Of a stretch of 64,000 nucleotides of DNA, positions 1 through 14,300 are shown piece by piece. The stretch's first letter is position 1; the number at the start of each line of letters is the position of its first letter. The stretch lies in IMG/VR virus record IMGVR_UViG_3300028591_000197. The stretch is one strand, 5' to 3'. Below the pieces are notes generated by a model, which had not been told where the DNA came from, ran no database searches, and saw nothing but the letters and a program-made list of their open reading frames with translations. The DNA comes from a virus. Both the position numbers and the translations under genes were made by a program.

Positions 1-199
1 ATCTAATTTTTCTGTCCCATTTACTCTTCATCTTAGTTTAGGAAAGAAATCTCCTACATCTTGGATAAAACTTTTTTCTTCATCATTTGTAGCAAGGTCT
101 TCTACAATTTGCTGTGCTAACGGAAGAAGTTCACTATTTTCCCTTCCTTCTTCAGCTAGCTGTGCTAATAAGGTTATGGTGTTATTTATATTGGACATT
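1..199 (-). CDS. hypothetical protein, N-terminal part (gene continues beyond window start)
   Basis: ATG at about 199 on the minus strand with an ORF running off the window edge (MSNINNTITLLAQLAEEGREN...). Read through TGA as sense. Confidence 0.35.
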
Positions 200-1008
200 G
201 GATTTTATTTGTATAAGTGGGTAAAGGTTAATGGAATAGGTTTCAACTTACTCTTGGTTTAGGTTGAGTTTGTTTTCTATATTTATTTGCTCGTATTCAC
301 ATAGTAGGACCAGCTATAGCAGAGTTTAATAAATCAATTTTTTGCTCATCTGTGTCTCGTGTATTTAGTGTAGATATGAAAGCTTTTATTCATTTCTCAG
401 TTTGTTTGTGTAATTTAGTTCATCTTTTTACTTCATCAAAATCCATAATTAATTCAACAACTTTATCACTATATCATTCTTCCTTCATTCTACATCTAAG
501 TTTTTCTATTTGTTGTTCCTTTATTTGTGTCTTACTCAGCTTTACGCTATCAACATTTTTTTCGCTACAATTATTAATGGCGTAGCCATTAGGTGTACTC
601 GAAACGGCGTCAGCCGTTGAGACTTCTTCATCACATTCGCCTTTAGTATTACAAGCATTTATATATTTAGTACTATAAGCATTTGTGACGATTTTTTCCA
701 CTGTTGGTAAAATCAGTCACTTGGATGAGTTTGGCTTATCACCTATACTTTCCCCTAAACCATCTGACTGATTTTCAGTCACTTGGTTATATCCATCTGA
801 CTGGTTTTCAGTCACTTGGTTTATAAAGGCCTCCGTTATCTCTGCTCTTTTACTTTCTCCAAAATAATATTTAACTTTTACATATTGTTTGTCTTCAAAT
901 TTTCATTGTACATTTTTCTTTCTAATTATTTCAATTAATCACATATCCATAAGAATATGTTTTATCCTACGGAATTTATCCCTACCCCACCCAAGAGACT
1001 TAACCATA
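186..1008 (-). CDS. hypothetical protein containing NQVTENQSDG tandem peptide repeats
   Basis: Continuous minus-strand frame once TGA is read as a sense codon. The track ORF 474..701 is an internal fragment of this gene. Start and stop positions are approximate. Confidence 0.35.
720..835. repeat. short tandem direct repeat (about 27-33 bp unit, ...ccatctgactgRttttcagtcacttggtt...), 2-3 copies
   Basis: Seen directly in the sequence. It encodes the NQVTENQSDG peptide repeats of the overlapping minus-strand gene. Confidence 0.6.
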
Positions 1009-1204
1009 AAGCTATCATTTAGCCAAGGCTGGTTAGTCTCCTGAATTTTGCTATGTTTTTGATATGCGATATATAGTAAGACGGCTTCGGCCCCATCTTT
1101 TCAAGCCACTTCTAAAATCTTATCTATTGTATAGAATGAGGTGGCAAATATTTCGTTTATATTGATTGGCTCTTTCATTTTGTTGGTGGGGTGGTGGGGT
1201 AAAG

Positions 1205-1501
1205 CTAATTTATTTTTTGATGGTCAGTTAGAAATTCTAAATCACCATAATCCATCTCATCATTATATATTTTTTCGCGCGATACATAATCTATCAAATC
1301 TGATAATAATAGTTTACCTGGGAATTCAATGTAAGCAATGTTGATTTTATTGATAAGATTATTGTTTACGTCAATGAATGAATGGTCTCTAATATTTTTT
1401 GCTAGATATAGCATTCACTCTACAGATATAAATGTTTTAATTTCTTCTCCAGAAGTTAAATGGAAAACGACCGTCCCCTTTTCTAAATAAATTGTGTCCA
1501 T
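1205..1501 (-). CDS. hypothetical protein (about 98 aa)
   Basis: ATG at 1501 and TAG stop at 1205, with one in-frame TGA read as Gly. The track ORF 1205..1414 is the C-terminal part. Confidence 0.4.
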
Positions 1502-1867
1502 CTCATAGTTTGGTTAAAAAATAAAAATAAGATGAAATAATTAGGTAAACAAAAACCCCGACAGTTGTTTGCCGAGGTACTACACAGTTAACGAGTTATT
1601 TACACAGCCTCGGTTTCCGTGTAGATAACTATCGGGGTAAATGTTTATCATCTGCAAAATAACTGTTGCAGAATAAATTTCAAGAGAAAATTTTCTCTTC
1701 TATCTATAGATTATCAAAAATTGTTAAATTTTTATAACATTAGATAAGTCCAGGTCTTAACTATATAATCATACGCTAATTTTAAAAATGTCAAAACAAT
1801 TTTTTTTATTTTGTCTCAAAAAAATATAATCTATTAGTAGAGAACAATATTTACCCGCCACACCACT
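1502..1867. promoter_or_regulatory. divergent intergenic control region: long imperfect hairpin (about 1556-1650) plus a degenerate copy of the conserved promoter motif (TATAATCTAttagTAGAG, 1825-1842)
   Basis: The outer stem is ccccgacagtt / aactatcgggg enclosing further internal inverted repeats. The motif variant sits about 25 nt upstream of the first plus-strand gene. Confidence 0.35.
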
Positions 1868-2815
1868 ATGTCACTATTCAACGATTTGCAATGAGAGATT
1901 ATAGAAAACCCAGAGAAGACAAGAAATTACCATAAGATTAGAGCTCAAATAAATGAGAAACCACAAGAAAAAACAGAGAAACAAAAGAGGAAAGAAATGA
2001 GAGAAAGACTCTGACCAGTGGAATATAAAAAACGATATGATAAACAGCGCTACAAAAAACAGAGGAATTTGTTTAAACAAAGATATGAAGAACATAGAGA
2101 TGCTTTTAATGAGGATATGCTAAACGAGATTATAGATGAGCTTTGGCCAGGGAATAATATTATTAATCGAGATAAATATTATTTAGAAAAGTTTAGAGAT
2201 GATGATGTGAAAAGTAATTGATATAGATTTGCTTGGCGAAGTTCTAGATTAGTAAGAATTAAATGGAAAGATTTACCGAAACAACTATTACCATTTAAAG
2301 TTGTGAAGGTTAGAGGAATGGAATATTGAATAAAAAATATGAATGAAGTACAGAACAAAGCATATCAATATCTTAAGCCACATATGGAGGAATTCAAAGA
2401 TGTTACCCTTTTTCTTCAAAAGAAACAGAAACCATATGATTATCCTACATATGCAACCACTAGAGAATTTGAGAACTTTGTTAGATGAGGGCCAGTAAAT
2501 CCTTGACATATCTACTTAGTGTTTGATGCTATGCGTAGATGAAAGTATATGGCCTCAGAAACATATCTTTGAAGAAATAGCTTTATCTTTGGAGATGTGG
2601 TAGTAACTCAAACTTGAAAATTATTTAGGATAGCGTTAGAGAATAATCTACCTTGGCTAACTAAAGATACCGTGGAGGAGATACACTCCCTGAAAATGGA
2701 TTGGCGAAAAAACAAATGAGATAAGATGCCACCTATATATATTGTAAATGATGCTTATTTAATAAAAGTTCATATTAATGAACGAGAAGATTTATTTTAT
2801 ATAGTTCCTACCTAA
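1868..2815 (+). CDS. hypothetical basic protein (about 315 aa); positional candidate for terminase small subunit
   Basis: ATG at 1868 lies in the same frame as track ORF 2018..2221 and reads on through several TGA codons. It stops with TAA at 2813-2815, overlapping the TerL ATG in a TAATG arrangement. The N-terminus is Lys/Arg-rich (KRYDKQRYKKQRNLFKQRYEE). Confidence 0.45.
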
Positions 2816-4965
2816 TGTATTGACGACTTTATAAAGATTGGGATAACGATAGAGGGTTGTTCTATGATTGAGACGAAACAAATCTAAAATACACTCTCGA
2901 CCCAAAAGAAGCTAAAGAGCGATTTGAAAAAAACAAAACATTAATGGTTTTGGTTAATATTAAACGTCCGCCTGATTTGGAAATCCCTATTCAGATTCCA
3001 TTAGGAACGGATAAAATTCTGAAACAAGATATAGATACGAAGTTTTTAACCTTTATTACAAAGGGTGCTGTATCTACGAGAATGGAATTTATTCTTTCAA
3101 GATTTATGGATAACTATCATCTTGATAAGGATTGAATATTTCATAGGAGAGAAAAAGAAGATGTGAGCGCTTTAGATAGCACTCGTAATGTCTTGGCACT
3201 ATGTATGATGAAAGATATTATTTTGTGAATATTTAGAGTAACACCTTTGAGAATTCCTGCTTGAAAAAATAAAAAAGATTTTGGAAAGACAGAATATATT
3301 GAGTGGGACATAGGTGAAGACTTTGGAATCGAATACGAAGTTCAAGGACAAAAATTTAAAACAAATTTATTCGGGGTGTATAAGCCAAAATTATTTGAGG
3401 CTATGCTTGCAGATACTTGAAGAACATTTAATTGATTTTGTCTACAGCATTGGCAAATGATGGTTTGGCTCCTTAGTTGATGAGTTACCTATGTTATTTG
3501 ACCTAGGTGATGAGGTAAATCACTCTACATTAACTGAGATAGTGCGGGGTATTTACTAAAGGAAATAACAGATAGCAATGAAAAAATTCAAGAGTTTTCA
3601 GTACTCTATATGGGATTATCGCAAAAACAGAATGCTCCATATATGGTTTACTCACAGCAAATGCTTAATAATCTACTTGATTTGCCGAGCTTTTGTAACA
3701 AGTTACCTGATAGTACAGGTTTATACATCCTTGACTGAGACAAACAAAGAAAGCTTGAATATGTGACAACTAATCAAAATGACCCTACAAGGTCAAGACG
3801 TACAAGAAAGTTTGTGTGAGACGAAGCAGACTATCTTGACTGGGACTATGTAGGTACAGCAATGGCCACAGCAGATAGTCTTGTGACACTTATCTCTACA
3901 ATTGGCCCAGATACACAAGCTTGAAACTTCTATAAAGGTTGGCTTAATGCTTACAAAACCCAAAGGGATTACGAACCTATTGATGTGCTAATACACGATA
4001 TATGGACGAAATATGGAATGCACTTGTGTACATCTAGGAAAGATTATTTGAAGAAGATAAAGAATTGAGACTTCGAAAAAATGAGGGCGGAGTTTATTCA
4101 AAGAAGACCTGAGGTAGCTTTACATTTTACAATGGATGATGTAGAGTTCTTGACACAAGAGCAAAAAGACGCACAGGTTATAAGGGTGCTTAATGCTAGA
4201 GGTTATGACTATATGCTCGCTGAATATTATGGAGAATATTCAACTGACCAGACAATTTTTAATGTGGAGTGAAGACAACTACAATGTCCATCTAGTTGTG
4301 ACTATTGGGTAGTTGGGTATGATGAAGCTGACACATTCGACAATCCTTGATTGTGTATATTGTGATGTAAGGATGGAAAGTACTATATCAAAGAAACTTA
4401 TAACTTAGCTAAGGAAAGTAACGAAAGATTTGCTAAAATGAAAAGTGTAATCCAAGACTTGAAAAACTCTTGAAAGCCTGTGTATTTAGTACTCGATGCG
4501 TCTCGTGGATGGGCTGCAGCTAGAGAGCTTGGAATGCTTGGTATGCCTGTTGATATGCTTATTAAGCGGACTTGAAATGTTACATACCAACCTTGAGCTA
4601 GGCATAACGTTTGAAAGGCTTGGTGTATTGAGATGATAAAGAGTTCTTTCTTTGATACAAACATTCTCTACATTGACCCAGCTTGTTATTGAGAAAATGG
4701 TTTAGTTGAAGAATTAAGCCACTTCAAAAAATACAAATCATCTGCTAGATGAGAGAAAAAGAAACACGATGACCAGGTTTCTTGAATGATGCTTGTACTT
4801 TATTTTGCTTGGTTCCACGACCAATTATGAACGAAAGATGTTGCAAAGATAAGTAATCAAAAGTCAAGTCAGCAAATTGCTGAATGACTTCGAGCAGAGA
4901 GATATCAGAAACCCAAGGAAACAACTTGAGATTTCCTTTCTAATTTGAAAAATAATTTGTTCTAA
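2815..4965 (+). CDS. terL: terminase large subunit (about 716 aa)
   Basis: Walker A reads GPRGGGKS, with three of its four glycines encoded by TGA. Walker B reads KFVGDEADY. The C-terminal nuclease-type region has LVLDASRGWAAARELGM and VVGYDEADTFDNPG. The gene sits at the start of the structural block, and track ORFs 2944.. and 4081.. lie in its frame. Confidence 0.7.
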
Positions 4966-4996
4966 ATTCAAATGTTATAATTTTTTGCCACTTTTT

Positions 4997-5012
4997 TATA
5001 ATCTATATATAG
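4997..5012 (+). promoter_or_regulatory. conserved promoter-like motif copy 1: TATAATCTATATATAG, preceded by a T5 tract; the ATG lies 6 nt downstream
   Basis: Exact 16-mer shared with copies at 19217, 46412 and 59701 (the last on the minus strand). Confidence 0.55.
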
Positions 5013-5017
5013 GAAAA

Positions 5018-5320
5018 ATGTTATTAGAAAAGAAACAAGAAGTCTTAAAGACTTTAGTAGACAATTATGTAATTATTAGAGACGAGGATTGAGAATTCCT
5101 CTGTCTTCTCGGAAGAGATGATGAATGATATTTTATCTATTCCCTTGAGCAGCACAATATTACCAAATCAGACGCAGAGGCTTTGTTAGACAAGGCAGCC
5201 TGAATTGCGCTAACTCCAGTGGTTGATGAGAAGATTAAATTACAATACAAAGAAGAATTGGACGAAGAAGAAGAAAATTTACAAACACAGATTGAGGAAG
5301 ATTACTTCGAGGAGGAATAG
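5018..5320 (+). CDS. small acidic protein (about 100 aa)
   Basis: ATG at 5018 directly after the promoter motif. The frame is continuous through 3 TGA codons and ends with TAG at 5318-5320. Confidence 0.45.
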
Positions 5321-5350
5321 AAAAATATTTATTCGATAAATTTTTGCTAA

Positions 5351-8331
5351 ATGAGTGCAAGTGATGATGTTCTAAATCTATTCAATAATCGTAATAATTT
5401 ATTTAAATTACCATCTCAAAAGACTCTAGCAGAGAAAATAGCAGATGGGTCAATATCACAACCAGTATCAACTACCAATGAAGTACAAGAGGAGCTATTC
5501 ACTCCTAGTGCAATTTCTTCTGTTGTGAAAAATAATTTAAATAATCCAGGTTCACCTATATTAACTAATGGTTGACAGGATGATACCACTACACCTATTA
5601 CGCAATCATCACAAACAGATGTTGTATCGCAAGAACTACAAGAAACTAATGCAAATGATAATCCAGAGACACAATGAATTAGTTGATTCTGGAATAATCT
5701 TAAAACCTCTATGAAGGCTAGTAATGATTACGAAGCCAAGAAAAAACAAATAGCTCTATGATATGATGAAGATTCTGAAGAAGTTCTTTATCTAGACCTA
5801 GATGAGTCTGAATGAATTACAGATTCTCTTTGAGGAATTATATGAACTCGTGAAGCATTTGAACAAGCTTATGAAGACTATCTTTCTGCAGCATCTGACC
5901 CTACATTGTCAGAACAAGAACAGGCTAAATTACTCCTTAAGTTTTATGATGATACAAAATGATTATTTAGACTTAAGTGAGATGATTGGTATAGTGATGC
6001 TATCTTTTTCCAAACGGATGACACAAAAATGTTTTGAAAAAGAAAGGACCAGTATAGTGAGGAAACATTAAAAAATTTATCTGCTAATGGGACAAAGGCT
6101 TGAAAGTTTGAACCAACGTTTAATGAATGGCGAGAGTATATACAGACACAAGCAGAAAATGAGGGAATTCAAAAAGAAATTCTAGAATGATACGGAATTG
6201 CTTCAGATACTACAACTACAGAATTAGACCTAGAGGACTCAGACAAAACCCAATTAAATAGCTTGTTTGATAGGGCTATGGCTTGAGTGTTGCCAGCTAT
6301 TACTGAAAATATTCCTGCTGCCGAAACACATCATAATGTAATTTGAAAACTTAGAATGATGGCTAGAGAGCAGCTTTCGGACGTAGATGAGATAGCACAA
6401 TGAGTTTATAATATTGAAAAACTTGTATTACTTAAGCCAGAAAGTGAGCGAAATGAATACGATAAAGAAGTAGTTACTACAGCAAATGCCTTTAGACAGA
6501 TGGAAAAAGATTTTGCCGATTGATTAAATGATTTCTTCTTGCAAACAATTAAGGGTTGAATTGATGAGAATTGACAATTGACTAATTTGCTAGATATATA
6601 TGAAGACTGAAAAGAGCTTTGGGAAGTTTTATGAGATAAGGTTAGAGAAGACTTACCAGAATGAGTGATTGAATTTGCTCCCTGAAAAACTGCTAAAGAT
6701 GTCTTAGATAAGAATTGGTCTGTAAAGGATATATTCCAAGAACTAAACAATAGGGTTCGTTATCATTACTACAAAAATAATGTGCACGATGATAGTCGAT
6801 GGGGACGTCGTTGGGATGATTTGCAAAGATTTCGATGATTAGCTGAGGAGTCTTGGATGGAGATATGACAAAATGTGTGGCAATCTATTAGTTCATTATG
6901 GGATAACCAAACGGAATATTCTGACCAAGATATAACAAAAGCTAAGCTATTAGACGCAAATTGATTTTTGTATGACTATTTCTGAGGAGATACTATATAT
7001 AAATACATTTATTGATTAGAAGAGCTTTGACCAGAAACTGCTTGAAGCCTTTGAGCTATGTGGCTTGGGTCAAAATGATTTTGAGCGGCAGGTAGATGAA
7101 CAGGGTTCTTTACATCTATATCAAATAATATTTCTAGAAGTAAAAATGCCATCAATGCTATTAAAGCATTAAAGTGATGAACTCTTTTAGAAAGAATGGC
7201 AGCCCTAGATAAAGCTATGGCTTGAGTGTCTACTTGAACGAAGAAGTTGAGTGATATATCAAAAGCACTTACTACAAGCGAGAAGCGATGGATATGAACA
7301 AAATTAGCGGCACAAAAATTAGATAAACTAATTACAGAAGGTATTGTAGACCAGACAATGGATGCCTTATGGTCTCCATTTGATACTGAAGCATATTCTC
7401 CTTTAAGTATGCAATTATCTCTATGGTGAACACTTGGACTTACAATGCTCCCAGAATTAAATAAAGGTAAAGCCCTTACTTGATGGCTAACTAGGTCTGT
7501 TCGTGATACTTGAAACGGAATATGGGATATGGTTGACTTCTTAACATCTTCTAAAGAATGAGCTGAGCAATTCTATCAAGCATTCTGAAAAGATATTAGA
7601 ACAATGTCTCTTACAGACTTAGAAAATTTCAGGAAAAGATTTAAGGAAATGGAGTGAGCTGCAATTAAAGCTTACAATCAGTTACCTGAAGCTTGAAAGG
7701 AGGCGGCCTGACAATGGACGAAAAAAATGATGTATGATTATATTGCTCAGGCATTTGGAAGTAATTCAGAGATAGCAAAGAGTGTTAGAACTATCCTTAT
7801 GAATAAAAAAACCGACCCCGCAGATATAATCAAATATATCGGAAGGAATGCTTGAACAGTTTCATTTGGACCTTATATCTCTACAATTAAATTTAAACAA
7901 TGAACTAGGTGACTCGTATCTTGAGCATATGACCCAAGTCTAGATGCTCTTGGATGAGGATTTGCATCTAGATTAAGTTGAGGATTTACTCAAGATGATA
8001 TAAATAAACTTTCTAAAATATCTCATCTTGATGAAAATTGAAATCCAAAAGATTATGGTGATATAGTTAAGAATCAAGATAAATTATTCTATAAAAGTAA
8101 TTGAAAATTCTATTTAACTGAGGAATGATTAGAGCGTTTCTGATTATCAGCCTCACACGAATCTCTAGAATCTCTAGGTATTAGCTTAGCTAGAGCTGAA
8201 GAGGTTAAGGAGATATTAAGGGAGAAGATGAAATGAATGGGAAAATTATCTGATGATGTAATTGATGATATAGCTGAGACTTGAGCTTATGATGAAGTAT
8301 TAGCTAAAATGAGAGAAATAGTTTGTTAATT
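5351..8331 (+). CDS. giant protein 1 (about 993 aa), unknown function; virion or internal protein candidate
   Basis: The frame is continuous from ATG 5351 to TAA at about 8329 with about 60 in-frame TGA codons. It is Glu/Lys-rich and predicted helical, with recurrent AMAGV and GGF motifs. Track ORFs 5351.. and 6406.. are fragments or shadow ORFs of it. Confidence 0.55.
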
Positions 8332-8352
8332 TTATTTATGAAGTATCTATAA

Positions 8353-11300
8353 ATGGCGAAAGTTAAAAATTGTGAAGATATGGCAAACATATTAGCCGTA
8401 TCTTTGTTCACCTGAGATGAAGAGATGGCTAAAGCCTTAGCGGAGGCTTCATTCCAAAAGAGAGTGGCTATTTCTCGTAGTAAGAATTTGGATGTGTCTA
8501 AGGATAGTAAAGAGATAGATGAGCTTACAAAGCAATCCTGACATCACCTACATTTGAGAGCTGCTTCTGCAGACATACAGATTATGTCTATAATTCAAGC
8601 AAAGATTCTTAAATGAGAAGGTAGAGTTAAGGAAGCTGAGGCTATATTATGAGAAGCTTATCGTAGAATGTGATGAACTATATGATGATGAATTGATTTA
8701 TTAAATATGGTTCAAAACGCAAAGCCATCTGAATTGGATGAAATAGCTAGGCTTCGATGATTGAGTTGAAAAAAAGCCGATGAAGTTCTCGAACAAATAA
8801 ATGACCAGATAGCTAAGTTTGAGTCGTCAAACTATAGTATAAAACAGCACGCGGACTTTGTTCGTGACGATATGGCAAAGATTAAAAGTAAATATAGGAA
8901 GAAAGAGCGAGATGATGAAAAAATAGAGAAGGAAGTTGAAAAGGCATATAGGAAATGATTAAAGGATATTATGGAGGGAAATAACCCTACTGATATAGTA
9001 AAGCTTGATGAGGAATGGGCTCAAATAAAAAGGCTCTATCCTGTCAATTCTTCTATGAAATGAAAGACAAAGGAAAAAATGTTGAAGGCTAGGGCAGAAG
9101 CCTGGAGTCAATATATTATGGCTAGAGAAATTTTGGCTGATTGATGAATTGATGAAGATATATTTAAGGCTTTTAAGAAATCAATTAAAACAAAAAACCT
9201 AGCTAAAAAATTAACAATAGACCAGATTATGGCCTACAAAAAATGAGACTTAGACCTTTTGTTGGCTAGAGCTTATTTAAATACAAAGCAATTATGTGAG
9301 GATTGAGCACTTAGAAAAGCTTTTAGAGATAAGTTAGTTGAGCTTACAACTTGAGAAGATGTAAGTTGACAAACTTCAAAAAGGATTCAATCTATTATAA
9401 ATACATTAAAATTTTCTGAAGAATGAGCATCGTTTGCTACTGTACTTAAATACGATAATCTAGCTAATAGTGTGATTGACCGTGGGTTAACTACACAGAA
9501 GAAAAGATGAAAGAAAATATATGAATCAATTATGAAGTTCTGTAAAGAACTTAGGGAAAATCCAAACCTTCTTGAGGAAGAAATTGTTATCGATTGAATG
9601 AAGATGCAACCTGTAGATGTAATTCAATTGGTTTATGAAATCACTTGAGATAAAAATATTGTAGCTTTGTTAAATATTGGGAAATATGATGATAGTATTG
9701 TGTTAAATGTAGCATCTCAATATTTGCTAGGGAACAATAAAGCGGCTCAAGAATCTATTTTAAAGTTATTGGCTAAATGAAAGAAATGAAGTCAAATAAC
9801 AAATACTCGTAATTTGATATTAAAATCAATTACTTGACAAGATATTGAGGATTGAGCAAAGGTTGCTTTCTATGATTTTAGAGAGTGATTATATAATAAA
9901 AACAAACTAAATAGACGTAGAGCAGACTTTAGAGAAGCTCTTGCTAATAGAAACAGATTGAGGATTGAAGGTAGTGGTATTACAAATCTATCTGAAATTA
10001 AAGATGAAAAGTTATTAGCTAAAGCTTTGGATGAATTTGAATGATGATATTTGGTTGTAAATGATATAGCTTGGAGAGATAATGAAGTATTAAGAAAAGC
10101 AGTTAAAGATAAGAAGATTACAGTTATATTTCCAGAAAGAGGGATGACATCTAATTTTGTTTGGGAGGATAAAAATCTAATCTTTAGGACTAATGATAAT
10201 AAACTCTTTGAAAAAATTGCAGGTAAAATATCTATTCAAACATTATGATGAGCTAGACCTACTGAAGCAATTGAAGAAGCTTGAAAGAAGGTAAAAAGTT
10301 GAGCCACTGAAGCTTGACAAGAGATAAATGTAGTTAGAGAGATTGGAACTATAGATGATGATATAGAAGCTGCGGCAATCAAATATTATTGAGAAATGCT
10401 TTGAGAAACTACCCCAGAGAAATTAGATGATGAGTATGTTCGTAGAATAAAGAATATGCTAGCTGAACATCTATGACTTGATATTAAAGCATTTGATGCA
10501 ATAAAAGATAAAGCTGAGCTTTGGCAGATGATTGATGAGAAATTCTGTATGGAGAAGCTTACAATGTGAAGATATGAAATGGAGATAATTGATATGTGAG
10601 CAGAAATAAAGAGAATTGAGGATATGTCTCCAGAAGAATTGATTAAGGAAATTAAACAACATATCTGAGACTATTATAGTGATGAAGCTATGCTAGAGGC
10701 TTGAGTGTTTAATCAGATTAGAGAAGCATATATAGACTTTAGAACTGCAGAATCCCCAGAAACTATTTTGATGGCTAAGTGAAGAATGATGTCTTTGGCT
10801 GCTTGAGGGCAGGCAAAGAGAATGACTATGGACCAAATCATTTCGATGTTTCAAAAATGAACGATGGCCGATGTCTATAAAGAAATGTTCTTCCCAACTC
10901 AAGATTTAACAAAGGAACAGCTAGATACTTTGATTAATAGTATCAATGATGATTTATTTGATATTATTTGTCTACAAGTAGAGAATAACTTAGTAAAAGC
11001 TTGATATTCATTACCATTGATGAACATAAAATGAATGGTGTATGACTACATTAAGACAGGTGAAATATCTACAGCTTGAGATTTTGTTAGGAGTTTTGCT
11101 CTTAAGAATAACATAAATGACACTGTAGTTGGTGAAACTTTGCTACAGTTTATGCCAAAAGAAATTAAGTTTGACTATGAAGATGCTCTATATAAAGGTA
11201 GAGATTTAACTATAGAGAATGGTCAAAGAAGTGTATTTAGAGAGGCTAAAAATGAATTCTTAGAAGACAGTTATTCTGCTCTTGCTACTATAGAGATGGC

Positions 11301-14300
11301 TAAATCTTGAGATATGCCAGCTGGATATGAAAGAGAAATCTTAGAAAAAATCCTAGATAAATATATAAGCAAGTTTTCAGAAAGATTAGCTGCTTGATGA
11401 TTAGACTTTAGGGAAGCTGCCTGAATAAAACAAGAAGCGTCTTATGCTTTGGATATGTTTGAGCAAGATTTAGTTCTTGCTAGGTTTGGTAGATTAATGT
11501 CTCCGTCGGAAAGACAGTGATTGCTTTGAATGAAATATGAACTTCCTATTGCCGTGTCTTGACAAAATTCAAGCGATGTAATTAAGGAAATGGAAAAAAT
11601 CAAAGCTACTTTATTAGATAGATATGATAGGACATTAAAGAATGTAGCTGAAAATAACAAAATTAATGCCACAATAGCTAAATGAATGGATTGAAAAAAG
11701 TCCTTAAAAAAGAGAATCGAATTAAGAAAACAAAAACTTAAAGAAGACTGAATGGTTATAAAAGAAGTTAACTGACAATATCTTACATTTGATTCTAGAA
11801 CAGCATTACTCAATGAATTAAATAATTTATCTCCTAATATTAGGTGACTTGAATCCATCAAAGCTTTAGGTAAGAGTTGATTGGAGCAATTACCAAATGA
11901 ACAAGTATATGCTATATTAAGATATGTGGAAGCAGCAAAGGCTTTAGAGTCTAAGGCAAATTATGTTACTACATTAATGTATAAGCAAAGCCCAGAGTTG
12001 TTTAATTTACAGTTCTTTAAGAGTTATAAAGTTGTAGATTGATTACCAAGAATTATGCACGGTAATTCTCTACAGAATTTAGATGTACTTAAGAATCTTT
12101 CAAATACTTCTGTAGTTGATAATACAATGAAGAGACAAATCTTCAAAAAAATAAAAGAGGAATTTGGAATAAACTGAAAATTAACAGAGAAAAAGTTAAA
12201 GGCAATTATCAAGGAAGTGGTAGATGATAATGCTCAAGATATACTTTGAACTGCAAAGATATCTGTATATAAGAAGAAGTTGGCTACTGAATTAATGGCA
12301 TTAAAATACAAAAGGTTATTTAATCCATATACCCTTATTAAGGATTTGCCTACACAATGATGAGAAGGTTCAATAAAAAAGAAGGTTGAGGATATAATTA
12401 AAAAGCAATATAATGAAGCAATTCTCGATTTAAAAAATATGGGGATTGATACATTAGATAGCTTGGAAAATAAAATCTCAGTTATCACAACTTCTTGAGA
12501 AGAAAAGACTTTGAAAGAAATAGGGACTGAAAGTATCGATTGATGGAAGAAGGATGTATTTGATGATGAAACTATCTTTGTTAAGTCGGCAGACGAGATA
12601 AAAGATTTTGATACTAGCGATTGACATTGGGGAATACTTAGTAAATGGAGAAAAGATAAGGCAGTAAAAGAACAGAAAGCATATAGGGAAATGATTGCTA
12701 ACGAATATGACTCTACATTACAGACTATGCTTAATGGTTCTGAAGATATTACATCAGCAGAGAGAAAACTTATGACAGCTCTTTGGTTTGATGTGAGGTG
12801 AAAGATGAAAAAATATTCATTAACTAATCAAATTATCGAGACTGCTGATGTACTAGGTTCATTAAATGAAGAAATTGCTAGATGAATGAAAGACTATTTG
12901 ATATGATTTATATGAAATGCTTCATTCTGAAAACTTAATTCTAAAGCAATCACAGATAGATTAAAGGAGGTACAAACAGCATATGAAAAATTTTATACTT
13001 TAGATACGGCTTCTTTAAGTAGGGTTAAGCCTACAACTAAAGCAGAACATCTAGCATTAAACTTAACAAAATATTTTAAAACTATGGAGAATAGTTTATG
13101 AAGTTTTGATTGAGTTACTTGATGTACAACTGTTGCAGATATAAATAAAGCATTCTATCACATCTGAGAAGTGTTTATGAATCTAAAGTGAACTGAATGA
13201 GTATTCTCTTTATTGTCTGCTATTGAGCAAAACCAGATATTAAAATTCTTTAAATTCGCTGAGAAGTGAGATGATGCTTATGTAGATATATTCAAGCATT
13301 GATGACTTAAGGAAGATTGAGCTTTGGGTTGATATAGGGATTATGTAAATGAGGTGTCTCTTACGAGAGAGCAATTTAATCGTATATTTGGTGCAGCATT
13401 TGATAATCGAGATTATAAAGAAATAATGCAGGCTCTTTCTTGATTTACAATAACTTGAAGTTGGTTCTGAAGGCGAGGGCAAAGAATATTAAATTTCTTG
13501 AACTGAAGTACTTGGATGTGAAGATTAATTCTTTCTTATCCATTACAGTTGCTCTCAATACCTTTACAAGGATGAGCATATTTCTTAAAACAAATTTGAT
13601 TTGAAAGAAGATTATGAATTGATAGTTTGCGGGATATAGATGTGGTTAGAGATTGATTGTGAATTTGAAATGGAAGCTATAACGAATTGCTATGAATATG
13701 AAAGAGTTTAGTAAGTCCAGATGATTTGAACTTAAATTCTTACTACAATAGGTACTGAATACCTGATGTAGATAGAATATATAAATGAGCGAATTTTGAA
13801 ACCGCACAAGATTATTTAAGTATGTATGCTAATATAGATAACTATGCTTCTTCTGATGTCAGCTCTGTATCTTGGTGGTTTAGGCAACTTGACCCATATA
13901 AAGATAATGCAAACAATATTATAGACTGAGCATTTGCTAGAAACTTTAAGAATATAGCTTTCTACAAAGCTATGAAGGAGAATAATTTCCTACAGTTTGG
14001 CTCTGTGAGAGAGCTTACTGATTTCTTAAATAATCCAGAAATAAGTGCTGGAATTAAAGATAAGTTGATAAAAAGATTAGAAACAGATTTCGCTAAAAAC
14101 TTTAGAAGTATTCTTTGATTATGATTTGGTTGATTAGATAGACCAGTCGCCTGAAATGCTTTATGAAATATATTTATTTGACTAGCTAACTTATTTAATT
14201 TTAGGTGAAGTTGGTGAAGAAATATAGCTAAGCAAACTTGACAATCAATAATGTCTACTTTAAAATGGATTAAGATGAACCCATTATCAAAGGAGGCAAA

